A DNA stretch of 64,000 nucleotides from an uncultured Candidatus Saccharibacteria bacterium (GTDB lineage: Bacteria; Patescibacteriota; Saccharimonadia; Saccharimonadales; JAGQNJ01), in assembly GCA_964426845.1 (NCBI GenBank), contig CAYRSA010000004.1, positions 61,845 through 125,844 of the forward strand, in the 5' to 3' direction. Both the position numbers and the translations under genes were made by a program. Positions 39,323 through 48,969 of the stretch are shown one piece after another. The notes below the pieces were generated by a model. That model was not told the DNA's origin. It saw only the letters and a program-made list of their open reading frames with translations, and did not search any database. The stretch's first letter is position 1; every line of letters begins with the position of its first letter.

Positions 39323-40099
39323 CTAGGGCAGGGCGAGGTATAAATCATGCCACTGCTCCAGCGACAACTCTTGAGCCCTGACGTCTGGGCCAATTTGCGC
39401 CCTAGTCATGGCCTCCAGAATATCCACATCTTCACCTACCCCAGATTTCAAAGAAGTCTTAAGTTTCTTTCGTCGTTCGTTGAAGCCGGCTTTAACCAGA
39501 CTAAAGAACTTGTCGACATCCAAATCAGCGAATAGCGGCTTAGCTCGTTTGGTCAAAATCAAAATCTGAGAGTCAACTTTGGGTGGCGGCGTGAACAGAT
39601 AGGCCGGCACTACTTCGCCTTTGCTAACTTCATAAAATAGTTGCAAAGCTACTGCTACAAACGACATTTGCCCAGGCTTGGCCACCACCCGCTCGGCTAC
39701 TTCTTTTTGGACCAATAACGAGGCTATGGATGGTTTGTTATCAGAGTCTATCAACTTGCGAAACAGATTGGCTGTTAGGTAGTAAGGGATATTGGCCACT
39801 ATTTTGTAATCTTTCGGCATTTGACCAAGATCAAAACTCCGAATATCCCCTTCCTCTATCCGAATTTGAGTATCAAGCTGACGGGCAAAGCGTTTTCGCA
39901 ATGGCCTAATGGCCTCTGAGTCGAATTCTAAAGCCAAAATGTTGGCTCTGTACTCTAATAGAATCTCTGTCAACGTCCCCGTGCCTGGACCAATCTCTAG
40001 AACTTCATCGCCCTCCGAAACCTCGGCGACCTCAACAATTGACTGCAGAGCCGAGCGATCTTCCAACCAGTGTTGGCCCAAAGCCTTTTTAGGAATCAT
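39323..40099 (-). CDS. rsmA: 16S rRNA adenine dimethyltransferase
   Basis: PKKALGQHWL, LEIGPGTG, ANIPYY, QKEVAER, PPPKVDS. Confidence 0.96.
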   Translation of the reverse strand: MIPKKALGQHWLEDRSALQSIVEVAEVSEGDEVLEIGPGTGTLTEILLEYRANILALEFDSEAIRPLRKRFARQLDTQIRIEEGDIRSFDLGQMPKDYKIVANIPYYLTANLFRKLIDSDNKPSIASLLVQKEVAERVVAKPGQMSFVAVALQLFYEVSKGEVVPAYLFTPPPKVDSQILILTKRAKPLFADLDVDKFFSLVKAGFNERRKKLKTSLKSGVGEDVDILEAMTRAQIGPDVRAQELSLEQWHDLYLALP

Positions 40100-40188
40100 A
40101 GTTGGTATTGTATCAGAGGCGCCTTCCATAGTTCACTTGCTATGCAATCTGGGGCCCAACGGGTTACAATAGAAGTAAGATAACGCTT

Positions 40189-41712
40189 ATGAATAACCCT
40201 CCTCCCCAAGACTCTATTCAAGAAGTACCCAAACCCTCACCGCTCGGCGGCGGTAGCTTACTGGGTCGTGTTTTAGTGCTGAGTTTGTTACTGCTGGCTT
40301 ACATTGCCATCCTAGCATCTGTTCTCTACTTCGATGCCCTGACCGGCCCACAATTCATCCTCTTGATAATGGTAGCTTTTTTGGGGATACATTTTTTTGG
40401 CACCCGCGGCCTTATTGTCGCCCAGCTCGGTACTCTGATGTTACTGGGTCTGGCCATCTACTTAGGCCTGGCCTCAGTCGCGCCAACCGGCGCCCTATTA
40501 ATCCTAGTTTTTGTAGTCTTCTGGTTCTTTATGCGAACCAGGTACAAAGAGCACCGCATGCTGGAGAGTCTAAGTCAAAGCGCTCAGCGAGAGCAAGAAA
40601 GGTTTGTTGCCTTAATTAACACTATCGATACTGCCGTGGTAGCCACCGACAGCCAACAGAAAATATCTCTGTACAATAGTGCTGCCCTGTCGTTGCTTGG
40701 CACAAATATATCACTAAGCGGTCAATTTTTTAACACGGTTTTTCCGCTGATTAATGCCAACGAACAGCCAGTTGATATCATTAGCCAAGTCAAAGCCAAT
40801 AAGCGCGCCATGGAGAGACTAGATACCTCTATTAAGATTGGTCAAAAGGACATTATTAACCTACAGGTGATTGCCGCACCGATTAGAACCAACTTTGGGT
40901 CTAAGGGAGGTGGGTATGTGGTCACCATGCGGGACATTACCAAACAACGTACTCTTGATGAGCAACGCAACGAGTTTATATCTGTAACCTCCCATGAAAT
41001 ACGCACCCCAATCGCCATACTCGAGGGTACGCTTTCTACAGCTTTGGCTGGACCCATGGCCGCTAGAACTGATCCGGCGGTGGTTAAGCTGATAAAGAAC
41101 GCTCACGAGCAGACTTTGCTACTGAGCCGACTAGTCCAAGACCTGGCCACTTTGGCTATGGCCGAGGGCGAATTCTTAGACATCGAACTAAAGCCTATTG
41201 ACCCGGCGGTCATAATTAGCAACCAGTATAAAGCTCATGCCAATCAAGCCAAAGCCCAGGGGCTAAACATGGTCATGCAGCCCGCACCCGAGCTTCACCC
41301 TATCCTGACCAGTGAGATATACATAAACGAAATATTAGAAAACTTCATTACCAACGCCATTAAGTACACCAAACAAGGCAGTGTCACCATTGGCGCTGAG
41401 AACGCTGCCGAGAACTCCATCCGTTTTTGGGTTGCTGACACTGGCATTGGTATTGGTAAAGCCGATCAGAAGAAACTATTTACCAAGTTCTTTAGGGCCG
41501 AAGACTTCGAAACTCGCGAAACCGGCGGAACCGGCTTGGGCTTATACATAACCAAGAAGTTATCCGAGCGCATTGGTGGCAAAGTCTGGTGCACCAGCGA
41601 GCCCGGCAAAGGCTCGGTCTTCTATCTAGAAGTACCGCCGGTTGGCGCTTTAAAAACTGACGTAAAGAAGGTCACCAACGCTGAAATCGAAGATTTCGCC
41701 GGAGCTATCTAG
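40189..41712 (+). CDS. Membrane PAS-domain sensor histidine kinase
   Basis: N-terminal TM helices, PAS, SHEIRTP H-box, NAIKY, DTGIG, GTGLGL. Confidence 0.9.
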   Translation: MNNPPPQDSIQEVPKPSPLGGGSLLGRVLVLSLLLLAYIAILASVLYFDALTGPQFILLIMVAFLGIHFFGTRGLIVAQLGTLMLLGLAIYLGLASVAPTGALLILVFVVFWFFMRTRYKEHRMLESLSQSAQREQERFVALINTIDTAVVATDSQQKISLYNSAALSLLGTNISLSGQFFNTVFPLINANEQPVDIISQVKANKRAMERLDTSIKIGQKDIINLQVIAAPIRTNFGSKGGGYVVTMRDITKQRTLDEQRNEFISVTSHEIRTPIAILEGTLSTALAGPMAARTDPAVVKLIKNAHEQTLLLSRLVQDLATLAMAEGEFLDIELKPIDPAVIISNQYKAHANQAKAQGLNMVMQPAPELHPILTSEIYINEILENFITNAIKYTKQGSVTIGAENAAENSIRFWVADTGIGIGKADQKKLFTKFFRAEDFETRETGGTGLGLYITKKLSERIGGKVWCTSEPGKGSVFYLEVPPVGALKTDVKKVTNAEIEDFAGAI

Positions 41713-41717
41713 TTTAT

Positions 41718-42413
41718 TCATTTTTGTGGTCTGACCACATGAACAGCCACAACTACCATAACAAACAGCACGAAGCCGGCTATGTAGGTACCGATTATTA
41801 GCGGTGAATCGTTGGGCTTGCCAGACAGAATGACATTGATAGCCCCACCCAAAGCTGCAAAAATATACAGACAGGCCACGCTAACCAAACTAGTTTTACT
41901 GCGGCCACTGGCCAGCTCTTTTAGCTTGCCCAGCATCAAAATTCCAACTAAAAAGACATTTACAAGCAAAATCATCTGAGCGATTGATGAGAAGAGTGGC
42001 AGTGTATAGACAAATTCATTGTCAACTATATCGATGCCATTTTGGACATAGCCATAGACATTAGCCAACCAACCGGCGATACCCAGCAACAAAGCCGGCA
42101 AGACAAACAGAGCTCGGCTCATTTTGTTTCTAAGAATCAAGTAATAGACAAGGTCAGCCTGTAGTACAAACATAGAGTATAGGAAGAAGTCGCCAATACT
42201 GTTGGCGACTAATAGAAAGGTCTGATCCTGACTCACAGCAAACGGCACTGACCAAAAAAAGAAAGCCAACGAAGCCAACATTCCAGACAAAGCAAAATAC
42301 CCAGACAAAGGATTGTGCAGCCGGCGGTAGTTCTTATAGCCCCTGAGGCCGAAAAGAGCGAATACCGGAAAGCCTATCAGGTATGGTATGGCGTTTGATG
42401 GAATGTTATTCAT
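41718..42413 (-). CDS. Stand-alone 7TM membrane protein (HisKA_7TM-like)
   Basis: About seven hydrophobic segments in 231 aa; no soluble domain. Confidence 0.7.
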   Translation of the reverse strand: MNNIPSNAIPYLIGFPVFALFGLRGYKNYRRLHNPLSGYFALSGMLASLAFFFWSVPFAVSQDQTFLLVANSIGDFFLYSMFVLQADLVYYLILRNKMSRALFVLPALLLGIAGWLANVYGYVQNGIDIVDNEFVYTLPLFSSIAQMILLVNVFLVGILMLGKLKELASGRSKTSLVSVACLYIFAALGGAINVILSGKPNDSPLIIGTYIAGFVLFVMVVVAVHVVRPQK

Positions 42414-42500
42414 GGTAGTTATGCTTAAAAAGTCTTACTAGCAATATAGCACGTTTTAACTACGCCGGCTTCATGTCGCAGCCGACTGACTAGTGTTGGC

Positions 42501-43715
42501 TTACCACCAATGATTGACTGACCAGAAGTTGTAAGCACCTTGCCAGCTACCATAGCGACTATTGGCGTAACCCGAGAAGTGTTGCATCTGGCAGACAGGA
42601 TCGGTTTGCCAATTCGGGCAAGCACTGATCAGAATCTGAGCATTACATCTTTGGCCCAGTCCAATACAACGATTAGGGCTTACGGCCGCCGGGTTCCAGC
42701 CCGACTCTCGGCCGATGATATAGTCGGCGTATTGGTACTGCGAGGGATCAACGCCAGCCAAGCGCATCCAGTCAGCTTTAGTGCCAGTAACGGTGCCGGC
42801 GATGACTTTAGTGCCCTTAGCCATGATTCGGTTAACTGGTTCGACAGCCACAACCGTCTGGAGAACAGACTTTTTACTTGGATCATTTTTGTCAACTTCG
42901 TAAATAACCACCTTTTTACCAGGTGAGCCTTCCTGCCTAACCTTTACTTGCCCGGCGGGTAATTCCGGATCGCTGACTGTCTCTTCGGCGTTCGGTATTA
43001 CCTCTTCGGCAGTAACAATGTTTTTATCCGGGTAGGTCACAAACACTACCATGCCCGGCGTTAGAGCAGTTTCAGCTGGCGGTAGGACTGTTACCTCGCT
43101 AGCATCCAACCCCTTATCGCGTACTAATTCTCCGACGGTTTTTGCGTGGGTCCGCAGATCATACGATTGACCATACATGACCAGTTTGACGGGGATGGAG
43201 CGCTCAACCACTAACTGTTCAGTAGCCGAGCCCTCATCAATAACATTGTCCGGAATCTCCACTTCAACGTTGTCCTCGGGGAATAGAGTCACACCAACTT
43301 CTTCGGCAATAGCCCGCGGTGATTGGGTGGCCGTATTAACAGTCACTTCCCTGCCCCCGTCAATAACCGTCACCGGCCTAGCTCGATAAACATTAACCGA
43401 GAAGTTATCGTCCAAGATCTCGGTGTCCAGTCCGGGCTCTACCACATCGCCCTCACTAAGCTTGATGTCCAAACGTTCCAGTAAGTCACCAACAGTTTTA
43501 GCTCTAGTTGGCAAAGTCTGTGACTGACCATCGGCATAGACATTGACTACTCGCGAATCGGCTGGACCTAGCGTTGTCGCTCCGAAGTTGACAAAAGCCA
43601 CTAAAGACACGGCGAACAGTACCAAAAAGGTCACCACCGGCACTACCAGAGGATGCTTGTGCAGATCAAAAAACTTTCGGCGCCGGGATTTCTCGGCTGA
43701 TTTAGATTTACCCAT
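42501..43715 (-). CDS. RpfB/YabE-like protein (DUF348 repeats, G5, lysozyme-like domain)
   Basis: TM anchor, TRAKTVGDLL/THAKTVGELV repeats, G5-like EGSPGKK, RESGWNP catalytic Glu. Confidence 0.85.
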   Translation of the reverse strand: MGKSKSAEKSRRRKFFDLHKHPLVVPVVTFLVLFAVSLVAFVNFGATTLGPADSRVVNVYADGQSQTLPTRAKTVGDLLERLDIKLSEGDVVEPGLDTEILDDNFSVNVYRARPVTVIDGGREVTVNTATQSPRAIAEEVGVTLFPEDNVEVEIPDNVIDEGSATEQLVVERSIPVKLVMYGQSYDLRTHAKTVGELVRDKGLDASEVTVLPPAETALTPGMVVFVTYPDKNIVTAEEVIPNAEETVSDPELPAGQVKVRQEGSPGKKVVIYEVDKNDPSKKSVLQTVVAVEPVNRIMAKGTKVIAGTVTGTKADWMRLAGVDPSQYQYADYIIGRESGWNPAAVSPNRCIGLGQRCNAQILISACPNWQTDPVCQMQHFSGYANSRYGSWQGAYNFWSVNHWW

Positions 43716-43739
43716 TTAAGTACCCCGTATTATAGCAAA

Positions 43740-44201
43740 TCACCGCTGTTTCTGCCACGCGGCCAAGAGTGTTTGCACGTGGTTATCGGTAGATAGCTTC
43801 TCGATATTATCTGGTTCAAACCACTTCGCGTCAGTGATTGCTGATGTTTGTATTGTCACGCGCGGTTTTGTGTCGAGCTTTAGGATAAAGCCATAGAAAG
43901 TATGAGCCTGGCGGCCAGCCTGCTTCATCAACCCCAGGCTCTTCAAATCTTTCTGCTTGACCACGATGCCTGTCTCTTCGCGAAGCTCCCGCAGTATGGT
44001 TTGTACTGGCAATTCACCACGCTTGATACCCCCGCCCGGACAACCCCAATAGCCCGAATATAGCCAGCTCTGTAACAACAAAATTTCTCCATCGCAAACT
44101 ACCAAAACCCGCGTCCGAGTTGTGAACCTAATGATGCAATAGATTGGTACCCACAGGACGTAACCTAAAATCAGCCCACTATATTTTCTGAAGGCAGTCA
44201 T
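43740..44201 (-). CDS. NUDIX hydrolase
   Basis: PGGGIKRGELPVQTILRELREETG Nudix box. Confidence 0.88.
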   Translation of the reverse strand: MTAFRKYSGLILGYVLWVPIYCIIRFTTRTRVLVVCDGEILLLQSWLYSGYWGCPGGGIKRGELPVQTILRELREETGIVVKQKDLKSLGLMKQAGRQAHTFYGFILKLDTKPRVTIQTSAITDAKWFEPDNIEKLSTDNHVQTLLAAWQKQR

Positions 44202-46336
44202 TCTAGTTTCTCCAACGGCGCAATACTGATGTCCAGTTGCTTAGTGCCCTTGCCCTTGAAATAAATGGTAGCCACGTCGCCCTGCATCTCAACTACCGTG
44301 CCAACGCCGAAAAGCTGGTGTTTGACGCCGTCGCCCTCTTCAATATCCGGCACATATCTGGGGCCGTCATCAATCTTTGGTGGCTGCGGCGCATTGAAGT
44401 TGTCGGTCAGCGAAGTTGGTTGAGCCAGCAAGTCGCCAGCAATGTCGCTAATAAACCTCGATGGTGGGTTGTGCTGAACGCCGCCGTACAACATCCGGCT
44501 GGTGGCATACAGCATATACAGTTCTTCGCGGGCCCTAGTCATGCCAACATAGCACAACCGTCGCTCTTCCTCCATCTCGGTCTGATCATATAGAGCCCGG
44601 GAATGCGGAAAAATTGTTTCTTCCATGCCGACCATGAAAACTACTGGGAACTCTAGGCCTTTGGCGCCGTGCAGCGTCATTAGCGTAACAGCGTTACCGT
44701 CTTTTTTGCCGGTCTCAACATCGCTTAGCAAGGACACCTCCTCCAAAAAACCATCCAGTCCCAAGTCGGCATACTCTTCGGCCATGCTCAGCAATTCCTT
44801 GACGTTTTCCTGCCGGGACTCGCCCTGAGCCGTACCATCGTCCAAGTAATGCAGATAGTCCAGCCGATTTATTAAAGCATTCATGGTATCGCGGACATTT
44901 TCTTCGGACATAACTCGGCGCAGGGACTCCAGCATTTCACCGAGTTCTAACAGGGCATTCTTCGCCTTACCGGTTATCTCGTTACATTCGCCGACCCGGG
45001 CCAAGGCTGTTTGTAAATTTAGAGCTTGAGATTCCCGCCAGGTATTAAAGACTTGCAAAGACTTAGCCCCGATTCCGCGAGCCGGCACGTTAACAATCCG
45101 GTCAAAACTAGCTGTATCCTGAGGCTGATACATTAGGCGCAGGTATGCCACGATATCCTTGATTTCTTTTCGGTCGTAGAATCGGACGCCCCCAACAATT
45201 CGGTAAGGAATGCTGTAGTGAATGAAGGCCTCTTCGATGGAGCGGCTCTGAGCATTGGTCCGGTACAAGACCGCAAAATGGTTATAGCCACGAGCCCCTC
45301 CATCAACCGTATTGCGGACTCGGCGAATAACAGCTTCGGCCTCGGACCGTTCGCTGCTGGCCTGCAAGACCTGAACAGGCAAACCATCGCCCTCTTTAGT
45401 CCAAAGCTTTTTATCGGAACGTTGTTGGTTCTTGGTAATAATCATGTGGGCAGCGTCCAGGATGGCTTTGGTGCTGCGGTAGTTCTGTTCAAGCTTAATA
45501 ATCGTACAGCCGGCGTAGTCGCGCTCAAAGTTTAGGATATTACGAAAATCTGCACCTCTCCAGCTGTAAATTGACTGCCAGTCGTCACCTACTACCGCGA
45601 TGTTTTTAGCCGGCCCAACCAGTAGTTGTATAAGTTTATACTGAGCAGCGTTAGTATCTTGATACTCATCAATCATCACATACTTAAACTGAGCCCGCCA
45701 CTTTTCCCGCAGTTCCTGGTGATTGGCCAGCATCTGGACAGCTTTGGCGATTAGGTCATCAAAGTCTAGAGCTCCGGCATCCTTTAACGCCTTTTGATAT
45801 AGGGGAAAAACCCGGGCCGCCTCTTTCTGTGCCGGACTAGAAGCCATGCCAGCATATCTAGTCGGATCAATTAGTTCATTCTTGGCACTACTGATTAGAC
45901 CGCCTAGGCTACGGGCCGGAAAAGCTTTCTCGTCAATCGATAACTGCTTGGAGACTTTCTTGATAGCCGAAGTCCTGTCCAGCTCATCAAAAATCACAAA
46001 GTTTTTCGGCACCTCGGCGTAGTCGCCATCCTGGCGCAACAGTCGCACACAAATCGAGTGAAAGGTGCCCATGAAGGGCATGAAATTGCGGTTGCCGGCA
46101 TCGAAACCCAGCAACTCAGCTACTCGCTCGCGCATCTCGCCAGCGGCTTTGTTGGTGAAAGTTACCGCCAGAATATTGTAGGGCGTAGCCAGCCCAGAGT
46201 CGATAATATGAGCGATCCGGTGGGTTAGGGTCTTAGTTTTACCGCTACCTGCACCAGCCTGAATCAGCAAGGGTCCTTCGGTGGTGCGCACCGCCCTGGC
46301 CTGCTCGTCATTAAGTCCCGTAAATAAATCCGTCAC
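44198..46336 (-). CDS. pcrA: ATP-dependent DNA helicase PcrA/UvrD
   Basis: AGAGSGKT, DEYQD, GDDWQSIY, QNYRS, KGLEF, EERRL; GTG start. Confidence 0.96.
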   Translation of the reverse strand: MTDLFTGLNDEQARAVRTTEGPLLIQAGAGSGKTKTLTHRIAHIIDSGLATPYNILAVTFTNKAAGEMRERVAELLGFDAGNRNFMPFMGTFHSICVRLLRQDGDYAEVPKNFVIFDELDRTSAIKKVSKQLSIDEKAFPARSLGGLISSAKNELIDPTRYAGMASSPAQKEAARVFPLYQKALKDAGALDFDDLIAKAVQMLANHQELREKWRAQFKYVMIDEYQDTNAAQYKLIQLLVGPAKNIAVVGDDWQSIYSWRGADFRNILNFERDYAGCTIIKLEQNYRSTKAILDAAHMIITKNQQRSDKKLWTKEGDGLPVQVLQASSERSEAEAVIRRVRNTVDGGARGYNHFAVLYRTNAQSRSIEEAFIHYSIPYRIVGGVRFYDRKEIKDIVAYLRLMYQPQDTASFDRIVNVPARGIGAKSLQVFNTWRESQALNLQTALARVGECNEITGKAKNALLELGEMLESLRRVMSEENVRDTMNALINRLDYLHYLDDGTAQGESRQENVKELLSMAEEYADLGLDGFLEEVSLLSDVETGKKDGNAVTLMTLHGAKGLEFPVVFMVGMEETIFPHSRALYDQTEMEEERRLCYVGMTRAREELYMLYATSRMLYGGVQHNPPSRFISDIAGDLLAQPTSLTDNFNAPQPPKIDDGPRYVPDIEEGDGVKHQLFGVGTVVEMQGDVATIYFKGKGTKQLDISIAPLEKLE

Positions 46337-46357
46337 TAAGAGATTATAACAGTTATC

Positions 46358-46870
46358 TCAGCCCATCATCATGAAGTAAGCACCAAGGCAGGCGGCTACT
46401 ACCAGCAGAATGATCACCACAAAGATCTTGGTGTTGCGGCGTTTGGTGACTTGGCCAATCGGCACAAAGTAGGTTTTGTTGTCGATGAGGTTTTGGACTT
46501 TGCTGTCGCCGTCTGTTGGCTTATCGGCTTTCTTATCAGCGGCTTCCTTGGCTAATTCGTCGATGACTGCCCCGTCATCGGGTTTGGGCTCGTCTGGACT
46601 ATCTACTTCGTCGGGTTTAGCCTCTTCGGCCGATATATCCGGTTTTAGAGTACTGGCCTTTGGCGGTGCAACCAGGGCCGGTTTCTTATCGTCTGACGAG
46701 GGTTTGTTAGCAATTTCCTCGGGGGCGCTGTCGCCGGTGCTTTCCGGTTTGACAGCCCGGGCCCGAACCTTAACCTCTATCTTATTGTCGGCCTTGTTCT
46801 CTTCAAATTCGGCTCCGCTTTTAGTGGCCGAGTCGCCTGATTCCGAAGTTTTAGGGTCAGCTGGCGCCAT
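46358..46870 (-). CDS. Hypothetical protein, disordered with C-terminal TM anchor
   Basis: Low-complexity D/K/P region, YFVPI motif, terminal hydrophobic helix. Confidence 0.7.
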   Translation of the reverse strand: MAPADPKTSESGDSATKSGAEFEENKADNKIEVKVRARAVKPESTGDSAPEEIANKPSSDDKKPALVAPPKASTLKPDISAEEAKPDEVDSPDEPKPDDGAVIDELAKEAADKKADKPTDGDSKVQNLIDNKTYFVPIGQVTKRRNTKIFVVIILLVVAACLGAYFMMMG

Positions 46871-47657
46871 CGGCGGCTTCCTTAACGGCTGTTTGAGAAC
46901 GATGCGCCGCTTTTACAATTTCCGAGAACTTTTGGTAGTTAATACTGGCTCCTCCGACCAAAACCCCATCGCATCCATTTAAGTCCATGTAGCCCCTGGC
47001 CGTATGCTCGTCAACACTGCCCCCGTAAAGCACTCGGACTTTATCAGCTGTCCGCTGGCCATATAAATCTGCGATTTGCTTACGTATGTAGTCAAACATC
47101 GGTTGAATTTGTGATGGTTTAGCAAGAGTGCCATCAAAAGTACTGATTGCCCAAACTGGCTCATAGGCAATAACCATCTCGGCTACTTCGCGCGCCGTTA
47201 AGTTAGCCAGGGCTGTAGTAATCTGGTCATGCAGAACTTGGCGAGTCTCGCCAGCTCGGTGCTCGGTCTTAGTTTCACCCACGCACAGAATCGGGGTGAT
47301 TTCATTGCGTACAGCGGCCGTAACTTTGTCTCGGATATCATCAAGGTTCTCGTGGAAGTATATTCGGCGCTCGGAGTGGCCGATGATCACATAGTGGGCC
47401 AAATCCCTTAGCTGAGTAAACGACACCTCGCCGGTAAAAGCGCCCTCATCTTTGGAATAAGCGTTCTGAGCCGCCAGCCGGAATTTGCGCCTATCGATTT
47501 GTAATGAAAGCGGCTGCAATACCAACATGGTCGGCGCTAATACTACCTCGATGTTGCGATAAGTCTTGATGCGCTCGTGCAAGCGGTGTAATAGCAAACT
47601 CGCCTGAGAAGTATTCAGGTGCATTTTCCAGTTGCCCACTACAAGTTTTTTACGCAT
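46857..47657 (-). CDS. tpiA: Triosephosphate isomerase
   Basis: GNWKM, GAFTGE, GHSERR, AYEPVWAI, LYGGSV, LVGGAS. Confidence 0.95.
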   Translation of the reverse strand: MRKKLVVGNWKMHLNTSQASLLLHRLHERIKTYRNIEVVLAPTMLVLQPLSLQIDRRKFRLAAQNAYSKDEGAFTGEVSFTQLRDLAHYVIIGHSERRIYFHENLDDIRDKVTAAVRNEITPILCVGETKTEHRAGETRQVLHDQITTALANLTAREVAEMVIAYEPVWAISTFDGTLAKPSQIQPMFDYIRKQIADLYGQRTADKVRVLYGGSVDEHTARGYMDLNGCDGVLVGGASINYQKFSEIVKAAHRSQTAVKEAADGAS

Positions 47658-47679
47658 AACGGTTAAGTTTTATTATAGC

Positions 47680-48969
47680 TTATTTCGACAATAATGCCTC
47701 AACCCCTGGCAATTTCTTCCCGGCCAATAGATCTAAGCAAGCCCCACCGCCAGTTGATACGAAGTTAAAGCCCTCCACTAAGCCTCGCTGTTCGACGTAA
47801 GCCGAGGTATCGCCACCGCCGATCAAACTATATGGCTTGTGGCCAAACTGCCCTAGCAAGGAATCTAGGACCAACTCCGTGCCATGGGCAAAGGGTCCGA
47901 CCGGCCCGTGCAGGCTGGGTGTTTCAGTTACTCCCAGCACGCCGTTCCAGATAACTGTGTCGCAAAACTGCATATTGCCAGCGATAAAAGCCCCCGAGAA
48001 CGGTCCAATGTCCAAAATCAGCTCATCCTTGGCTACCCTGCTACTGCGGACTGGTGCTTGCCGGGGGTAGTTTTCGATCTCAGCAATGGCATGAGCATCC
48101 CAATCAACAATCCGGGTTTTGGCCTGTTTGTCCAAAGATTCGGCGACTACGCTGTCCTGCGGCAAATAGAAGATGAACTTGCGTTTTTTGGCTTCCTCGG
48201 CGGCTAGCTCCATAAGTTTTTTAGCTAAAGACACATCTTGGCGATCAACTAGGCTTTTGCCAATCTCTATCCCCTTGGCTAGCAAAAAAGTATTGGCCAT
48301 GGCTCCACCAATCACCACCACATCGGCCATTTTGATAAAATTCCTAATCACATCAATCTTATCGGCAATTTTGGCCCCACCGACGATGGTCATTAATGGT
48401 CGCTTGGGTTTATTAATAACGTCGAGAATAGTGGTCATTTCTTTTTCGACTAGCAACCCGGCCACACTTGGTAAGACTCGGGTAATGGCGTCAGTGCTGG
48501 CGTGCTTGCGATGAACTACGCCAAAACCATCCTGAACAAAGACATCGGCCAGGCTACCGACTTTTTTTGCGAATTCCATATTGTTATTTTCTTCGCCTGG
48601 GAAAAATCGCAAGTTTTCCAGCAACAGAATGCCTTTAGGCTTCAGCTCGCCAGCTTTTACAGCAGCTTCTTGGCTGGTACAGTCTTCGACAAAGTCCACC
48701 TCATGGCCAAGCAACTTGGACAGAGCTTTTTGGACCGGCTTTAAACTGTACTGCGGATCTGGCCGGCCATCGGGTTTGCCTAAGTGTGAACAAACAATAA
48801 TTCGACAATCTTGAGATTGAAGATACTTCAGCGTTGGCAGAGCCTGCTGAATCCGATAGTCATCCCGAATAGTACCCTTTTCGGTCATAGGCACATTAAA
48901 GTCACTGCGCACCAGCACAGTCTTGCCCCGAACATCGACATTTTTGATGGTTTTTTTAGTAAACGTCAT
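47680..48969 (-). CDS. pgk: Phosphoglycerate kinase
   Basis: DFNVP, SHLG, LLENLRF, GGAK, GGGDT, STGGG. Confidence 0.96.
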   Translation of the reverse strand: MTFTKKTIKNVDVRGKTVLVRSDFNVPMTEKGTIRDDYRIQQALPTLKYLQSQDCRIIVCSHLGKPDGRPDPQYSLKPVQKALSKLLGHEVDFVEDCTSQEAAVKAGELKPKGILLLENLRFFPGEENNNMEFAKKVGSLADVFVQDGFGVVHRKHASTDAITRVLPSVAGLLVEKEMTTILDVINKPKRPLMTIVGGAKIADKIDVIRNFIKMADVVVIGGAMANTFLLAKGIEIGKSLVDRQDVSLAKKLMELAAEEAKKRKFIFYLPQDSVVAESLDKQAKTRIVDWDAHAIAEIENYPRQAPVRSSRVAKDELILDIGPFSGAFIAGNMQFCDTVIWNGVLGVTETPSLHGPVGPFAHGTELVLDSLLGQFGHKPYSLIGGGDTSAYVEQRGLVEGFNFVSTGGGACLDLLAGKKLPGVEALLSK

